Positions 31,484 through 43,299 of a DNA stretch of 64,000 bases are shown one piece after another. Positions within the stretch are counted from its first letter, which is position 1; every line of letters begins with the position of its first letter. A program made the position numbers and the translations under genes. The DNA comes from an uncultured delta proteobacterium (GTDB lineage: Bacteria; Desulfobacterota; Zymogenia; Zymogenales; Zymogenaceae): NCBI GenBank assembly GCA_963792965.1, contig CAWBYW010000016.1, forward strand, positions 115,925 to 179,924. The letters are read 5' to 3'. The notes below the pieces were generated by a model that made no database searches, was not told where the DNA came from, and worked only from the letters and a program-made list of their open reading frames with translations.

Positions 31484-33072
31484 GTGTACGGAACGGATGA
31501 AGGATACGACGGGTGGGAGGGATATCTTGCCTTATTCATGATTTTCGCGGTCGGCACCGCCCTCAGGGCGGTCATGCTTTTTCACCAGACCGTTATCTCG
31601 CCCGATAGTCCCGGGTATATTTATAATGCCCTCGCAATCGGTAAGGAAGGGCTGAAAAGTCTCTTCGCAGGCGGTTTCGCCGGGAATTTCTCCATCTACC
31701 CCATCTTCATCTACCTTACCAATCTCGTGATCGGCGATCCGGTATTGTCCGGTCAGCTGGTCTCGCTCGTATTCGGTTCGCTCGCTATTTTGCTCGTTTA
31801 TCCCATCACGAAAGAGATAATGGGTGCGCGGGCCGGGCTCATCGTCGCCTTTCTCGTGGCCGTTCATCCGCACCTGATCAGGTATTCGGGGATGGTCCTG
31901 AAAGACTCGACCCTGATCTTCTTCGCCCTCGGGGCTGTGGCCCTGGGTCTGTTTGGGTGCACGAGAAGGAACAGGCTCCTCATCGTCCTTGCCGGGATCT
32001 TGGCATGGACCACGGCGGTCGTGCGTCTGTATGGCATCATCGTCGTCCCCTCGCTCGCTCTCGCCATCGTTGTCTATACCCTTTTTCAGAGGGAAGGGAT
32101 AAAGGAGACGCTCCTTCGTCTGGCCCTCTTTCTCTTTCCCCTGCCCGTCGTGGGGTACATCGCGTTCCTCATCTTTATCGGGCCCCACAATGAATTCTTC
32201 ATCGAGAGTTTCCTGAAGGTCCTCACCATTGTCGTATCCTTTGTTCATCAGACCGGGACCTACCGGGACCTGCTTTTGCGTGGCAATCCCGAAATCAGTC
32301 GTGGTTATCTGGACGTGATAACCCGCTATCCCCGGGTTTCGGCCGCCGTTCATTTCGTTGCTGTTTTTGGAACCGCGTTCTTTTTTTTCTTTTTCGTCCT
32401 TTTTCTGTTGGGCATCTACATTGACAGGAAAAATCTCCTCAACAAGGGCCCGCGCCTCTTCATTCTTTCGTTTGCCTCGGTATACATCTTTTTCGATCTT
32501 GCCATTCTCATGGTCTTCTTCTTCCTCACGAAAAGGCAGCTCATGCCGCTCGTTATCGTTCTTCTCCCCTGGTCGGCGCTCACGTTCGAAAGGGGCATCA
32601 CGTGGCTCACGGACTATTCGCGTGCCCGCGCAGAAGAAGAACGCGGCAGATCCTTCGGGCGACAGTTCCGCTCCTCGCCGTTATCTGGATCGTCGGCGCC
32701 TTCTCTTACACAAGTTCTCCGACCGCGGAAGGTGCGCTGCTCGGGTACAAAAGGGCGGCGGGCGAGTATATCAAGGAGACGGCAGGCGGCCATCCCCTGA
32801 TTCTTCTTCCCCACGCCGATGCCGAAGGACTGGTCGTCTTCTATGCGGGCGCCGAGGGCATATCCTTCGATGACCCGGCCACAATCGAGAAGATGATCGA
32901 TACCGATGACCCCAATATCATCTTGTGGGATACGGTCCTCGGCCCCCTGCCGAAGGAGTTTCCTCTGCTGGTTGAGCACGGCAAAATCGAGCATATCACG
33001 ACGATACCGGGCTCAGGCACCAATGTTATCTATATCTATCGGAATACCCGAAACGAAACCGGCAGGCGGTAG
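31484..33072 (+). CDS. PMT/ArnT-family membrane glycosyltransferase (GT39/GT83-like), frameshift near 32650
   Basis: About 11 TM helices typical of polyprenyl-phosphate-sugar transferases. The C-terminal periplasmic domain continues in ORF 32602-33072 in another frame (...RQ / ILRATVPLLAVIWIVGAF). Confidence 0.65.
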
Positions 33073-33176
33073 GCGCCACGGAAGGCCCGCAAAAAAGGGG
33101 CTGGAGAAAACTATCCCCAACCCCTCTTGTTTCCCACGACTCGCCCCGCCGAGCGGCGGCGTCCCAAAATCTCAGA

Positions 33177-33800
33177 TCAGTTGGTCGCCGGGACCACGTT
33201 GAAGGCCACGGAGGTGTAGTATTCATTGTCAAAATAGATGTCCCAGCGCCACTGACCCGTGGGGTCACCCGAGGGATTAAACCCCCAGTAGCTGGTAAAG
33301 ATGTCGCTGTCCGGCGTCAGCGTGGTGCTATAGACGGCGCGGTTCTCCGCCGGGTAGGTTTTATAGCTTCCCTCGCTCCCCTCCCAGAGGGTCCAGTTCT
33401 GGGGCGCATAGGGGAAAAACTCCTCTTCACGGTAGGAAACCGGATGTCCGCTGTTGCTTTTGTATTTGAATGAGATGCCGAAATAGGTGCTCGGGATGTA
33501 CGGTATGGTAGTCGCGTCCTCATACACGTAGAGATTTCCCGAGCCGTCGTCCTTCATCTTGCCCATCCTGAATTCAGTGATGACACACGTCGTGAGGGCT
33601 TGCGGGGGCGACATCCCGGGCCCGACCACGCTCGGCACTCCGGGCTGGGACGGCGCGCCATACGGCTGCGGGCCCGCGGGCCCCGCCTGTCCGGGTCCCC
33701 CGGCTCCTATCCCGAGCATCTGTTTGATCCTGTCGCATCCCGTCCCCGCGAAGGCCAGCGCAAGCACAAGGAGGGACAAAATAATCAGGTTCTTTCTCAT
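33177..33800 (-). CDS. lipoprotein with Gly/Pro-rich linker (hypothetical)
   Basis: Lipobox LAFAGTGC and a low-complexity GPG/PQP linker. The terminal gene of the macroglobulin-locus strand block. Confidence 0.45.
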   Translation of the reverse strand: MRKNLIILSLLVLALAFAGTGCDRIKQMLGIGAGGPGQAGPAGPQPYGAPSQPGVPSVVGPGMSPPQALTTCVITEFRMGKMKDDGSGNLYVYEDATTIPYIPSTYFGISFKYKSNSGHPVSYREEEFFPYAPQNWTLWEGSEGSYKTYPAENRAVYSTTLTPDSDIFTSYWGFNPSGDPTGQWRWDIYFDNEYYTSVAFNVVPATN

Positions 33801-33932
33801 ATCGTGCTCCTTTATCTATAGTCTATCATAGGCCGAAAAGTAGATGTTTTTCGTATAGTAATGAAATCGGGGTCCCCTGTCAAGGGGGGAAAGACCCGAC
33901 CCACCGTTTTGACGGACGACACCGGACCCGAT

Positions 33933-34580
33933 TCAGGGCAACCGTTCCCCCCGCGTGGACGCCCGGCCCTGCCCCCCGATAACCTTTACCGCCTCCTCAT
34001 AGGCCAGCACATACCCCCACCGATTTTTCTCCCTGTCCGTCCGCTCCGAAAGGAGCGCGTCGATCTCGCCGGTGTTCCGGGTGACGGGCTTGGGTCCCGA
34101 AAGGCCCTTTTTCAACGCGTCGATCTCGCCGGCATAGTAGACCGCGAGTCCCTCCGAAAACCAGAGCGGCACGTGGGTGCCGAAACGAAGCCGGAGAAGC
34201 GCGAGACACACCTCATGGGCGACGGTCGACTTCAACACCCCGCGCTCTTTCAGGACGTTCACCGGCTGCAGGTAGATCGATCCGTCGATCATCGCCGAGG
34301 CCGACCAGAACGGCAGCCTCGTCTGGGCCGTGAAATCTCCGGTCTCCTTGAAGATCACCACGTCGATGGGACGGCCCGCGCCGCTCCCAACCCTCGTTTC
34401 CATCGCGGTGTATGCCGATTCGAGGGCGTCCTTTACCTCCGAGAGCTCGCCGGCCCGAAGGGTCTCGGCGAAATAGATATTGAAATGCCGTGTCTGGGTC
34501 TGGGCAAAGTCAAGGGCGCCTGCCTCTCGGCTGATGACGAGAAGAAGGCACGAGATCAGAAATAGGAACGGTCTTCTCAA
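33933..34580 (-). CDS. secreted hypothetical protein
   Basis: Signal peptide MRRPFLFLISCLLLVISREAGA. No confident family. 4-bp overlap with the PBP gene. Confidence 0.45.
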   Translation of the reverse strand: MRRPFLFLISCLLLVISREAGALDFAQTQTRHFNIYFAETLRAGELSEVKDALESAYTAMETRVGSGAGRPIDVVIFKETGDFTAQTRLPFWSASAMIDGSIYLQPVNVLKERGVLKSTVAHEVCLALLRLRFGTHVPLWFSEGLAVYYAGEIDALKKGLSGPKPVTRNTGEIDALLSERTDREKNRWGYVLAYEEAVKVIGGQGRASTRGERLP

Positions 34581-35605
34581 TCCGTATGCACGCCTCCGAA
34601 ATAGACGCGGAAAACCTCCCGGGCCACCGGCGCGGCATCCTCACCCCCCCGGCCGTGGTAGAGGAAGACGACCACGGCGATCTCGGGGTTCTCGGCGGGG
34701 GCAAAACCCAAGAACCAGGCGTGAGTCGCCCAGCTGGAGCCGAGGAACTCGCCGGTGCCGGTTTTGCCCATAATCTCGTGCCCGTCCGGCGTCCCCTTGA
34801 CGGCGGTTCCGTACGCCGCCGCATCGCGCATTCCCTCGGCGAGGATCGGCGCCGCGCGGGAAACCTCTACCTTCCTGTTGAGTCTCGGCGAAAATGAACC
34901 GATATCGTCTGCGGTGGGGGTCACGCGGGGAACCCAGATACTGCCCCCGTTCACGAGGGCCGAAAGATTCACGATCACCTGAAGGGGCGTCGCCGTGACG
35001 TTGTCGGTGTCTCCGATGACATACTCACGGGCAAACGCCGGCTCGGGGGGGATGAGCCTTCCCGCCTCCTCCTGTGGAAGGTTGACCCCGGTCTTTTCTC
35101 CAAACCCGAGCTCGGAAAGCCCCCGGTAGGTGGTGTCGGCGCCCAGCGTCTCGGCAAGGGAAAGGAAATAGAGATTACACGAGTAGGCGATCCCGCGGAC
35201 AAGGTTGAGATCACCGTGTCCGGGGGGGTACCAGCAATCGTATTTCGTTCCCGATATAACGGCACTCCCGGTACACCTGAAGCGAGCGTCGGGAGAGATA
35301 CGCTTCTCTTCGATCCCTTTCCAGACGCTCACAAGCTTGACGAGCGAGCCGGGGGGAAAGGCCCAGCGTGTCGCCATGTCGGGCCCCACCATCGCTCTGA
35401 TGCGTCCCGTCTTCACGTCCATGACGACGACCGCCCCGGTCCGGCCCGCCAGGGCGTCGGATGCCGCGCTTTCGAGGAGGGCGTCGCCTTTCAACACCTG
35501 TTCCGGGCCCGGCCTGCAACCCGAGGCGAAGAGAAATAAAAGGGCGACCCCCCCGATGAGGGGTCGCCGAAAGAGTAAACGAATCCGCCGCCGGATCCCC
35601 GTCAT
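34577..35605 (-). CDS. penicillin-binding protein, transpeptidase domain only (lipoprotein)
   Basis: SxxK (SLVK), SxN (SCN) and KTG (KTGT) motifs. Lipobox LFASGC. ATGA overlap with the upstream macroglobulin gene. Confidence 0.75.
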   Translation of the reverse strand: MTGIRRRIRLLFRRPLIGGVALLFLFASGCRPGPEQVLKGDALLESAASDALAGRTGAVVVMDVKTGRIRAMVGPDMATRWAFPPGSLVKLVSVWKGIEEKRISPDARFRCTGSAVISGTKYDCWYPPGHGDLNLVRGIAYSCNLYFLSLAETLGADTTYRGLSELGFGEKTGVNLPQEEAGRLIPPEPAFAREYVIGDTDNVTATPLQVIVNLSALVNGGSIWVPRVTPTADDIGSFSPRLNRKVEVSRAAPILAEGMRDAAAYGTAVKGTPDGHEIMGKTGTGEFLGSSWATHAWFLGFAPAENPEIAVVVFLYHGRGGEDAAPVAREVFRVYFGGVHTD

Positions 35606-38600
35606 TTCCCCTCGGTGATGACAAGGCTTGAGCTTCCCGTCCTTCCGAAGCGGTCCGGGAAGTACATCAGGTACGCCTCGGCCGGCATGACACCGTAGGT
35701 CCCCGGGTTTTGGGCGCGGAGGATATACTTGAAGACATAGGTCCCCACGTCGACGTAGTCCATCGATAGAGCGATCCGCTCATCCCGGAATTCCCTTCCG
35801 GCAAACCACCAGTCCGCATCGCCGGTATAGAGATCGTCCCCGGAGATGACATAGTTTTTATCGTCGCTGATGGCCTCATAGCCCGCCGGGTAGTAGTCCT
35901 CCAGCAGGAAGTATTGGGCCTTCTTGTCGGTCGTGACCGAAAGCTCCACGAGGATCTCGTCCCCGCTACTGACCGGGCCGCTGAGCGGCACCTTCGCGTA
36001 GATGAGCTCTCCCTTCTTGGGCACCTTCTTGAGGAGGTAGTACTTTCTGCTCACGGCAAATCCGGCGTTCAGCGGGGCTATCGAGGGGGCCGCGCTGTAG
36101 TGCGTGAAGGTCGAGGAATAGTAGAGGCTACCCGGCCCGTCCTTCTTGATGACGATCGTATTGGGGCCGGTCTTGAGATCCCCTTCCTTGACGGTAATCG
36201 TTCCCCCCTCGGTGAGCATCGTCTCCTTGGTGATGTGGCTCTTCTTGAGCTGTTTGCCGTTGAGGGTAAGCGTCATGGTGTAGTTCGGCTTGATCTCCCC
36301 GGTCCGGGTGATGTAGTCCGTCAGGGCATAGATGATCTTCCCCGTGGCCTTGGTGGAGCGCCAGTAGCTTCCGGTCCGGTTGATGATAAGCCAGCGGATC
36401 GTCTTGGGGATGAGGGGATTATTGACGTCGCGCATGGCCATCACCCGCAAAACGTACGCGGTGGTCTCCAGGGGATCGGCCTCCCAGTCCCACCAATAGA
36501 AGTCCTCTCCGACGTAACCCCAGTGAACATAGCCGTTCTCCTGGATCTTTTCCTTCATGAGCAGGTCATACAGGACGTTGGCCTTCTCCCGGATCCCCTC
36601 GTTCTCGTAGGCCAACAGCAGCATCGCCTGAGAAATGGGGGTGAGCTTGTCGCGCTTCTCGAACATCTCGTCGAGCCACGCGGTCTTGAGCTTGTCCGTG
36701 TAGGACAAGACGTAGAGGGCGTAGACCTTGACGGAGTCCTGATCGATCTTGCTCAGCTGAGAGATGAGGGACGCGGTGCCGCGCTTGATGACGCCCTCGT
36801 CCACGGTGATGGGAATGCCTGCCTCGGGAAGGAGGCGTTTCGCTTCGAGGAGCCCGTACAACACGTAGGCGGTCATGTAGGGATCGGTCTCGTCGAACTC
36901 GTACCACCCCCAGCCGTTATCGTCGTGCTGCCGTTTGTAGAGCACCATGAGCCCGCTCTTGATGTAGGCGGGGAGGTCCTTCTCTACGCTCTTATCGGAA
37001 AGGTCAAGCTTCTTTAATACCGACGCGACCATGACTGATGGCAAGAACCTTGCCATTACCTGCTCGTTTCACCCATAGGGGTAGCCGACGAGGAATGGTA
37101 TAGCGGCAAGCATTGTGTTGACGAGCGATGGACTGGTGGTAATGGTGAGCTCAGCAGCGTTCTTTATCGTGTTGGCGGGCTTGTTGACCGTCACCGTGAG
37201 CGTCCCGGAGTCCTTGATGATCTCTCCCATATCGTTCTTTGTCTCTTTGATGCCGAGCGGGAGGATCGGCACCTTTATCTCCATTCCGTCGGAGACCTCG
37301 TTGGTCATCGCCTTTGCCGTGAGAACGGCACTTCCCACGAGGTCCGCCCTGACGTGCCAGTCGACGCGCTTCTCTCCGTTTTTCGGGACGATTGCATCGA
37401 CCGGAACGCCGGAAGCGAGCGTCAATCCCTTTGCGTCGAACGTGAAGTGCACCTTCTTGTCGGTCGACAGGTAATTATGGGCGATGGTGGAGATTACGAG
37501 GTCGTCCCCCTGGCGCAGAAATCGCGGCGCCTCTATGCGGACGAGTAAGTCCTTGCGCTCGATGACCCGGTAGGTAGTCTCCCCCATGCTGTCGCCCGTG
37601 GTCACCCCCCGGACCGTCGCACGCCAACGCGTCAGGTTGTCCGGGAAGGTGACGGTGACCGTGGCCATACCCTTTGCGTTGGTCGTGATCGTGGGCGACC
37701 AGTACATCGTGTCCTTGAAGTCCTTTCGGATCAGCGGTTGAACGAGCGTGTCTCCCTTGAAGTCGGCAAGCTTCGTCTCTTTTTCCGGAAGTCCCGCCAG
37801 GAGTCCTTTCCGGTGAGAGTATCCGTAAAAGCGGAAGTAGAGGGATGACGACGTGTCCACGGAATGATAGCGCAGCGAGTAGAAATACTTCTGGATTTCG
37901 TCGACAAGCTCCGGTGAGATGGCGTAGATGGCGTCGTCCACGACGCCGAGCGACACCTCTGCCGACACGGGTTTGCCTGTGCTGTCCGTCGTCTTTATCG
38001 TAAAGGTGCCCTTTTCTTGCGGCTCGTACGTCGCCTTATTGGAGGTCACCTCGACGTTGATGAACTTTTCGGTCGGTGGGATGATGATGTTCTTGCTGTC
38101 CGAATAGAGCTCATCGTTGAAGATCGCGGCAACCGAGAGGTAGATGTTGGGGGTGTATCTCTCCTTTATGGGGAGATCCAGCATCGCCGTGCCACCCGTG
38201 GCTTTGATGACTCGGCTATCAAGGATCGAGTCTCCCTCGGTGGTAATCAACAGATAGGTATCCTTCACCGGCGCGGCGATCAGGATGTGGGCGGTATCGC
38301 CCACCGCGTAGGTATCCTTGTCGGGGATAATCGTGACGCCGCCCTCCGACGTCCCGCCGTAGGCATACCCCTCCGTAAAGGAATACGATGAGTCCTTGGC
38401 CGTGGTGGAGTTGCCCGCGTTATCGAAGACCGTGGCGATGAAATTGACGTCGCCCACGTTTTTCACCGTATATTCGATGACGGCGTCCCCACCGGAGTTC
38501 GTCCTTCCCGAAAGGGTGGCCGAGCTCGTGACCTTGCCCCCCTGCCAGTCGGTCTCCGTGACGATGAGCGTCACCGGCACATTCGCCACACCCTTGTTGT

Positions 38601-40242
38601 CAAAGTCGGAGACGTTGACCGTGATCCGCGCCTTATCCCCCGGCGCGTAGACCCAGCGGTCGGGACGTAGCGAAACGGTGTAGTTTGACCGAACGACCTT
38701 GACGACGCTGCTGGTGGTAACCACCCGGCGCGAGAGATCGGTAACGTTGGCCTCGATGGTGAAGGTATAGTCGTTGTCGGGCGACTCAAGGTATTGCGAC
38801 GTGTCTACCGTGAGCCTGAGCTTCCCGGCGTTGTCGAGCATAGCCGTGCCACTGTCCACCATGACCTTCTCGGTGGCGGTCCAGTAGTCTTCGTCCATGA
38901 AGTACCAGCCCCAGTCGTACCCCCACCACCAGGGGCGCTCGTAGACCGACCGGTAGACCGTATAGTCCACCTTGGCCTCCGTTACGGGGCTGCCGAAGTA
39001 GTAGCCCGCCTCGATATCGGCCGTGATCGTGTCGCCCCGGATGTAGACGTTCTTATCCGTCCTGATCTTGACCTCGTATTCGGGCTTCTTGTACTCCTCC
39101 ACCTTGAAGCTGTTGTAGTAGTTCTGTCCATTCAGTCCCACGACGATCTGATATTCGCCGAGCGAGGGCTCCTCTCCGAGGGTGAAGTCCCCCGAGAGGC
39201 TCCCGTACTTATTAATCTTATAGTTGTTCCGGAAGACCTCGTCGCCCTTGGCGTCGTCGATGATGACCAGGTAGTCGTCGCCGGTGTCGGGAACCTTCAG
39301 CCCCGAGTCGGTGGCGTTTCTCAGGATCGAGCGAAAATGCACCGTGTCGCCGGGACGGTAGACGGGTCGGTCGGTGTAGGTGTAGACCTTGTCGCTTGCT
39401 TCCCCTTCCCCGTAGGCATAGGGGTCGGCCAGGGTGAAGTTCTCGCCGTCCTGGGCGAAGACATAGATGACGTCACTCTCGGTCGCTTTCACCTTGGAGT
39501 AGTAGATCCCGTCGGAGTCCGTCTTCCCCTTGAAGAGGAGTTTTTTCTGGTTGTCGTAGACCGATACCTTAACGCCTTTCATCGGTTTGCCGGTTACCCG
39601 GTCGGCCACGTAGATAAGGCTGTCGGTGCTCGAGTTCTTCACGACAAACGACATGGGGGTAACGACGACCATCGTATAGGCCACCGAATCCTCAAAGACC
39701 GCCTCGACGAGGTAGCACCCCGGTTTCGGGACTTTGACGTCTATGTTGTGGTACTCCCACTGTCCACTGCCCGAGATGACCAACTTCTCCTGCCAGCGGT
39801 TGAGGAGCTTGAACTGGGTCAGGATCGGGAAGAGCTCGTAGGTCTGTGGCGCGGGTGAGACGGGCTCCTGGGCGTGCGGCAGGCCGAGTGCCGAGACGAC
39901 ATCGTCTCGGATGTTGTCGGAGAGTTTTGAGCGATAGTCGTCCCGGAAGAGTTCTACCCCCTTCCGTTTGATCGCCCCAACCATCTCGGCGGGGGCCGAT
40001 GTCCCCCGTTTCGTCGTCACCACCGGCGAGTGGACGTCATCGAGCCCGAGGAAGTACGATTTCGGATCGTCTACCCGGTAGAGCCGGATATCGAGGGACG
40101 GGACATCCATGGAGGAAACGGTGACGGTGACGGGCTCCCCCGGAGCGAAGATCTTGTCCGTGGAGAGCTCAAAGGAGCCTGCGAGCGTCACGGCCGGCAG
40201 TGTTAAGAGCAATACGATCGAAAGAATAAGGGACTTTTTCAT
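35602..40242 (-). CDS. alpha-2-macroglobulin family thioester-type protein (1547 codons) with an in-frame TGA at the thioester cysteine codon (37069-37071)
   Basis: ORFs 37069-40254 and 35602-37056 are in the same frame, separated only by TGA. The context GYPYG-[TGA]-NEQVMARFLPSVMVASVL aligns with PYG-C-GEQNMVLFAPNIYVL of macroglobulins. Downstream motif DDNGWGWYEF...TAYVLYGLLEA matches the thioester domain. Signal peptide present. Start ATG at 40242 is preceded by GAGGGA. Confidence 0.8.
37038..37056 (-). promoter_or_regulatory. stem-loop 12 nt downstream of the in-frame UGA (candidate bacterial SECIS)
   Basis: mRNA reads UGA AAC GAG CAG GUA then AUGGCAAG-GUU-CUUGCCAU, a perfect 8-bp stem with a GUU apical loop. 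The loop begins 20 nt after the UGA. Confidence 0.35.
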
Positions 40243-40485
40243 AGTTTCCCTCAAAGAATGGAGTATATCGTTGTTTGGTCTGTCACCGTGAGAGTGCGCG
40301 GCGACCGCGGCAATCCCCGGCTGTCGTTACCGATACGGAGGTAATAAGGATCCTTCCTCGAGAATCAGGGCTCGCCTCGTTGTGCCACATCGCCTGGCCT
40401 CCCACGATTCGGGCAGGAACGTTCCCCTGCAATGACCGAGAAGAGCTCCCACGATACTTTGGACCTCAAAAGCACCTATAAAGCT

Positions 40486-41583
40486 TTAGTTCAGTATCTT
40501 GAACCGATAATAACCCAAAAAATGGTCGTTCTCTCTTACCGGCCGCCAGCGCTCGTCCGGATGCACTTTGAGCGTGGCGAGCCTGACCTTCCTCACGTCC
40601 CCGTTATCGTGGGAGCGCGGGCCGGTGTGATAGACGAGCCAATCTTCGTTTACGTCCGAATCGCTCTCCTTTCCCCACTCGCCGAGGTAGATCATCATAT
40701 GGGAGGGCATCCGGGGGTTTTCCGGGTTGAAGAAAAAGAGGAGATCACCGGGAAGAATACCCTTCTCGGTTCGCCCGAGGAACACGACGTTGTACTGAAG
40801 CAGCGCCTCGGCCGATGCCGCCGCAGAAAAGTTGACGCCGATATCGGAAGGGACAAACGGCCCCGGCGCCGTCCGAAAGACATCGACTCCCAGCAGCGGC
40901 ACGTGGGGATAGGTGTACTTCTTCACGTCGGGATTTGCGGGGCTGACCAGCGTCGCGTAGGAGGAAAAGAAAGCGTCGTCGTGGCGCTTGAGCGCCTCGA
41001 CATAGGCAAAACGCACAAGCCCCGCACAGTCCCGGTTGATCTGGTCCCAGTGGCGGTTCTTCTCGTAGACTTGAGATTCCGCGATGGCGCAGAGCCACCG
41101 CCGGAAGTTGAGGCGGTCTGTGTCGCCGAAGAGCTCCACCACATCGGGAAACCCGTCCCCGTCCCGGTCACGCATGTCGGGGATAACATTCACCTGTGCC
41201 CGGGCAGGCGCCACCCCCGGAGACTCGGCCCGGATCGTGAGGTCACCCGTCTCGAAGGTCGAGATGAGCGTGAGGGAGGCCGTTCCGCGGACAAACGCGA
41301 GCGGTCCTGTTTCCACCCTTGTCGTCGCCGGGCCGACAAGCGTCACCGTAAGGGGTGCGCCGCAGCCGCGCGCAACATTCCCCCTGTCGGTCTTTGCAAG
41401 GATCGTGATCTCCACGGTATCTTCCTTGTTGGCCCAGAGCGTCTGCTTTGACACGGCGATCTCGATGCTTTTGGCCTTTGCGCACGACGTGATCAAACAG
41501 GCCAACAGGAGCGTCGAAAGGATCGCCGCTCCGCCTTTAATCCAGGTCCTTGACCCTGATCTTAAACCCGCCTTGAATTGCAT
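40486..41583 (-). CDS. DUF1175 (YfaT)-like lipoprotein with papain/NlpC-P60-like Cys-His core
   Basis: Lipoprotein signal (LLLACLITSC). DCAGLVRFAY resembles the NlpC/P60 catalytic Cys context and HMMIYLGEWG the His context. Immediately upstream of the macroglobulin gene, as yfaT is in yfaS loci. Confidence 0.5.
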   Translation of the reverse strand: MQFKAGLRSGSRTWIKGGAAILSTLLLACLITSCAKAKSIEIAVSKQTLWANKEDTVEITILAKTDRGNVARGCGAPLTVTLVGPATTRVETGPLAFVRGTASLTLISTFETGDLTIRAESPGVAPARAQVNVIPDMRDRDGDGFPDVVELFGDTDRLNFRRWLCAIAESQVYEKNRHWDQINRDCAGLVRFAYVEALKRHDDAFFSSYATLVSPANPDVKKYTYPHVPLLGVDVFRTAPGPFVPSDIGVNFSAAASAEALLQYNVVFLGRTEKGILPGDLLFFFNPENPRMPSHMMIYLGEWGKESDSDVNEDWLVYHTGPRSHDNGDVRKVRLATLKVHPDERWRPVRENDHFLGYYRFKILN

Positions 41584-43280
41584 CACCGCTGAAGTTGACC
41601 CCCCCGTAGCATGAGACAAAAGATCTTCTGGTCAGTTCCACGAGCGGCACGAGCCGCTTTTCCGAATCCTGGTAGAGAAAGTATTTATAGTTTGCCGAGA
41701 TGTTGACGAGATAACCCTCGATCAACGACATGGCGTTGTTCCCGTCTACGTAGAGATAGAGGTCGTAGGCGTCTTTCGGCATGTCTTTTTGCGCCGAGAT
41801 GAACGCGGGCGACTTCACGAGAAAATCGCGGTCAAAAAGGCCGCCCGCCCCCGTCATCGAGGAAATAACAGAGAGGTCGTTGAGCTGCTCCATCGTCGAA
41901 AGGTCCCAGAAGAGGAAGAGCCTGTCATCCTTGAGCGCAAAACCAGGATTAGGCTTGACGGAGGCGACGTACGACGTCCCGTTCCAATCGAGGCTCTTTT
42001 CCCTGAACTGGCCCATATAGGAGATGTGAGCGGCGTCAAGCTCGAGGGGAGACGGGCCCGCATCTGAAGAATGAATAGCTGTAGAGCTTGCCGATATTGG
42101 TGGAAAGGGCCTCTTCTTTGCCCGGTGCCACCCCAACGGAGGCGATCGTCCTGAGGTACGGTTTTTCTCCCTCATACCCGATCCCGACGAGGGCCGCCAG
42201 CGCCCCCCTGCCGAGGTTGTTGATGATTCCACCCTCCAGGTCGAATCCGCCCTTGTCCTTCCATTTTTTCAGGATCGAGATGTAGTTTACCTTTTGGGCG
42301 ATGTCGGTAAACCAGACCTTCCCGAAATGGGTATAAAGGATGCCGGGGTCGAAGGCCCGAAACGCCACGAGCGCCGCCGTCTCGCCGGGCATCGCCGATA
42401 GGTCTATTGTCGCCTTATCGGAGAGCGACCCCAGCCCCGCCAGGAGGCTTTTCCCCTCGCCCCCGGTGTAGGGGGCAAAGAGCGTGATATCCGCGCCGGC
42501 CTCGGAAAAGGTGACCGAGAAAAGGAGCGCGTCCGTCCCCTTGAGAAGCCGTCTGGCATGGGCGACGATGCCCATCTCGGAGTCATCGGGGCTCATCGCC
42601 TTCGTTGAATAGAAAAGGATATGGTAGTCCTTTGGCAGGTGGGAGAGCCGATCCATGACGGCGGGGTTTCCGGAGAGGTTCTTTGGGTTTTGCCCCGTAA
42701 CGATGTCCCACTCGGATTTGAAGAGATCGGGGGAGTCGGAGACGATCGTATAGCCTTTGACGTTCTTGTAATAGATCTTCTTGTCTGTGCTCGCGACAAC
42801 CCAGACGGAATAGGAGCCCCAGTTTTCCTTCGTCACGTGGCTCGAAAAGATCGAAAAGAGGTTGATGAGAAAACCCTTAAACCAGCCCGTCTCAAGCAGC
42901 GCCGCCGAGGCCTCCTTTCCCTCGAGGGTCGTCCGATAGAAGACGGCCCGCGCACCTATGACCCACAGGAAGCGTTTCAGGGTCGGGCGAATCCCGGTCA
43001 TCTTCTCGATAGTCCCGAGCCTGGAGAGCATCGGGGCCGAGAGGTCGCTCTTGATCGGGCCCTCAAAGAGCGAAAGATCGCCGACTTCATCAAAATAATC
43101 GCTTGAGAGCAACGGCCTCAATCCTGCCCTGAGGTCCCTGAGGTAGACGAAGGAGTCTACGTTCTCCGGGATGATCTGATAGAGCTCGTAGGCGTCTCCG
43201 GCCACGGCACTAAGGGCCCCAAGCGAAAGGGCCGCGATAACGACCGCGCCGATCAGACATGCCCTGATCTTAGATCTCAT
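41537..43280 (-). CDS. large secreted protein, DUF2138 (YfaA)-like, one frameshift near 42045
   Basis: ORF 42036-43322 has a signal peptide and about 410 aa of real sequence. It continues in ORF 41537-42232 in another frame. Removing one C from a C4 run restores ...KLYSYSFFRCGPVSLELDAAHISYMGQF. Family call rests on size and locus context only. Confidence 0.4.
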
Positions 43281-43299
43281 GAATCCCTCCTTTTCTCCG

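Noticed and set aside
37069-37071. Reading the TGA in the macroglobulin gene as a routine frameshift or assembly artefact like the others
   Set aside because: The two ORF pieces are in the same frame, so this is a substitution-type stop, not an indel. All other disruptions in the window are indels. It is kept as a finding, with Sec and nonsense as the alternatives.
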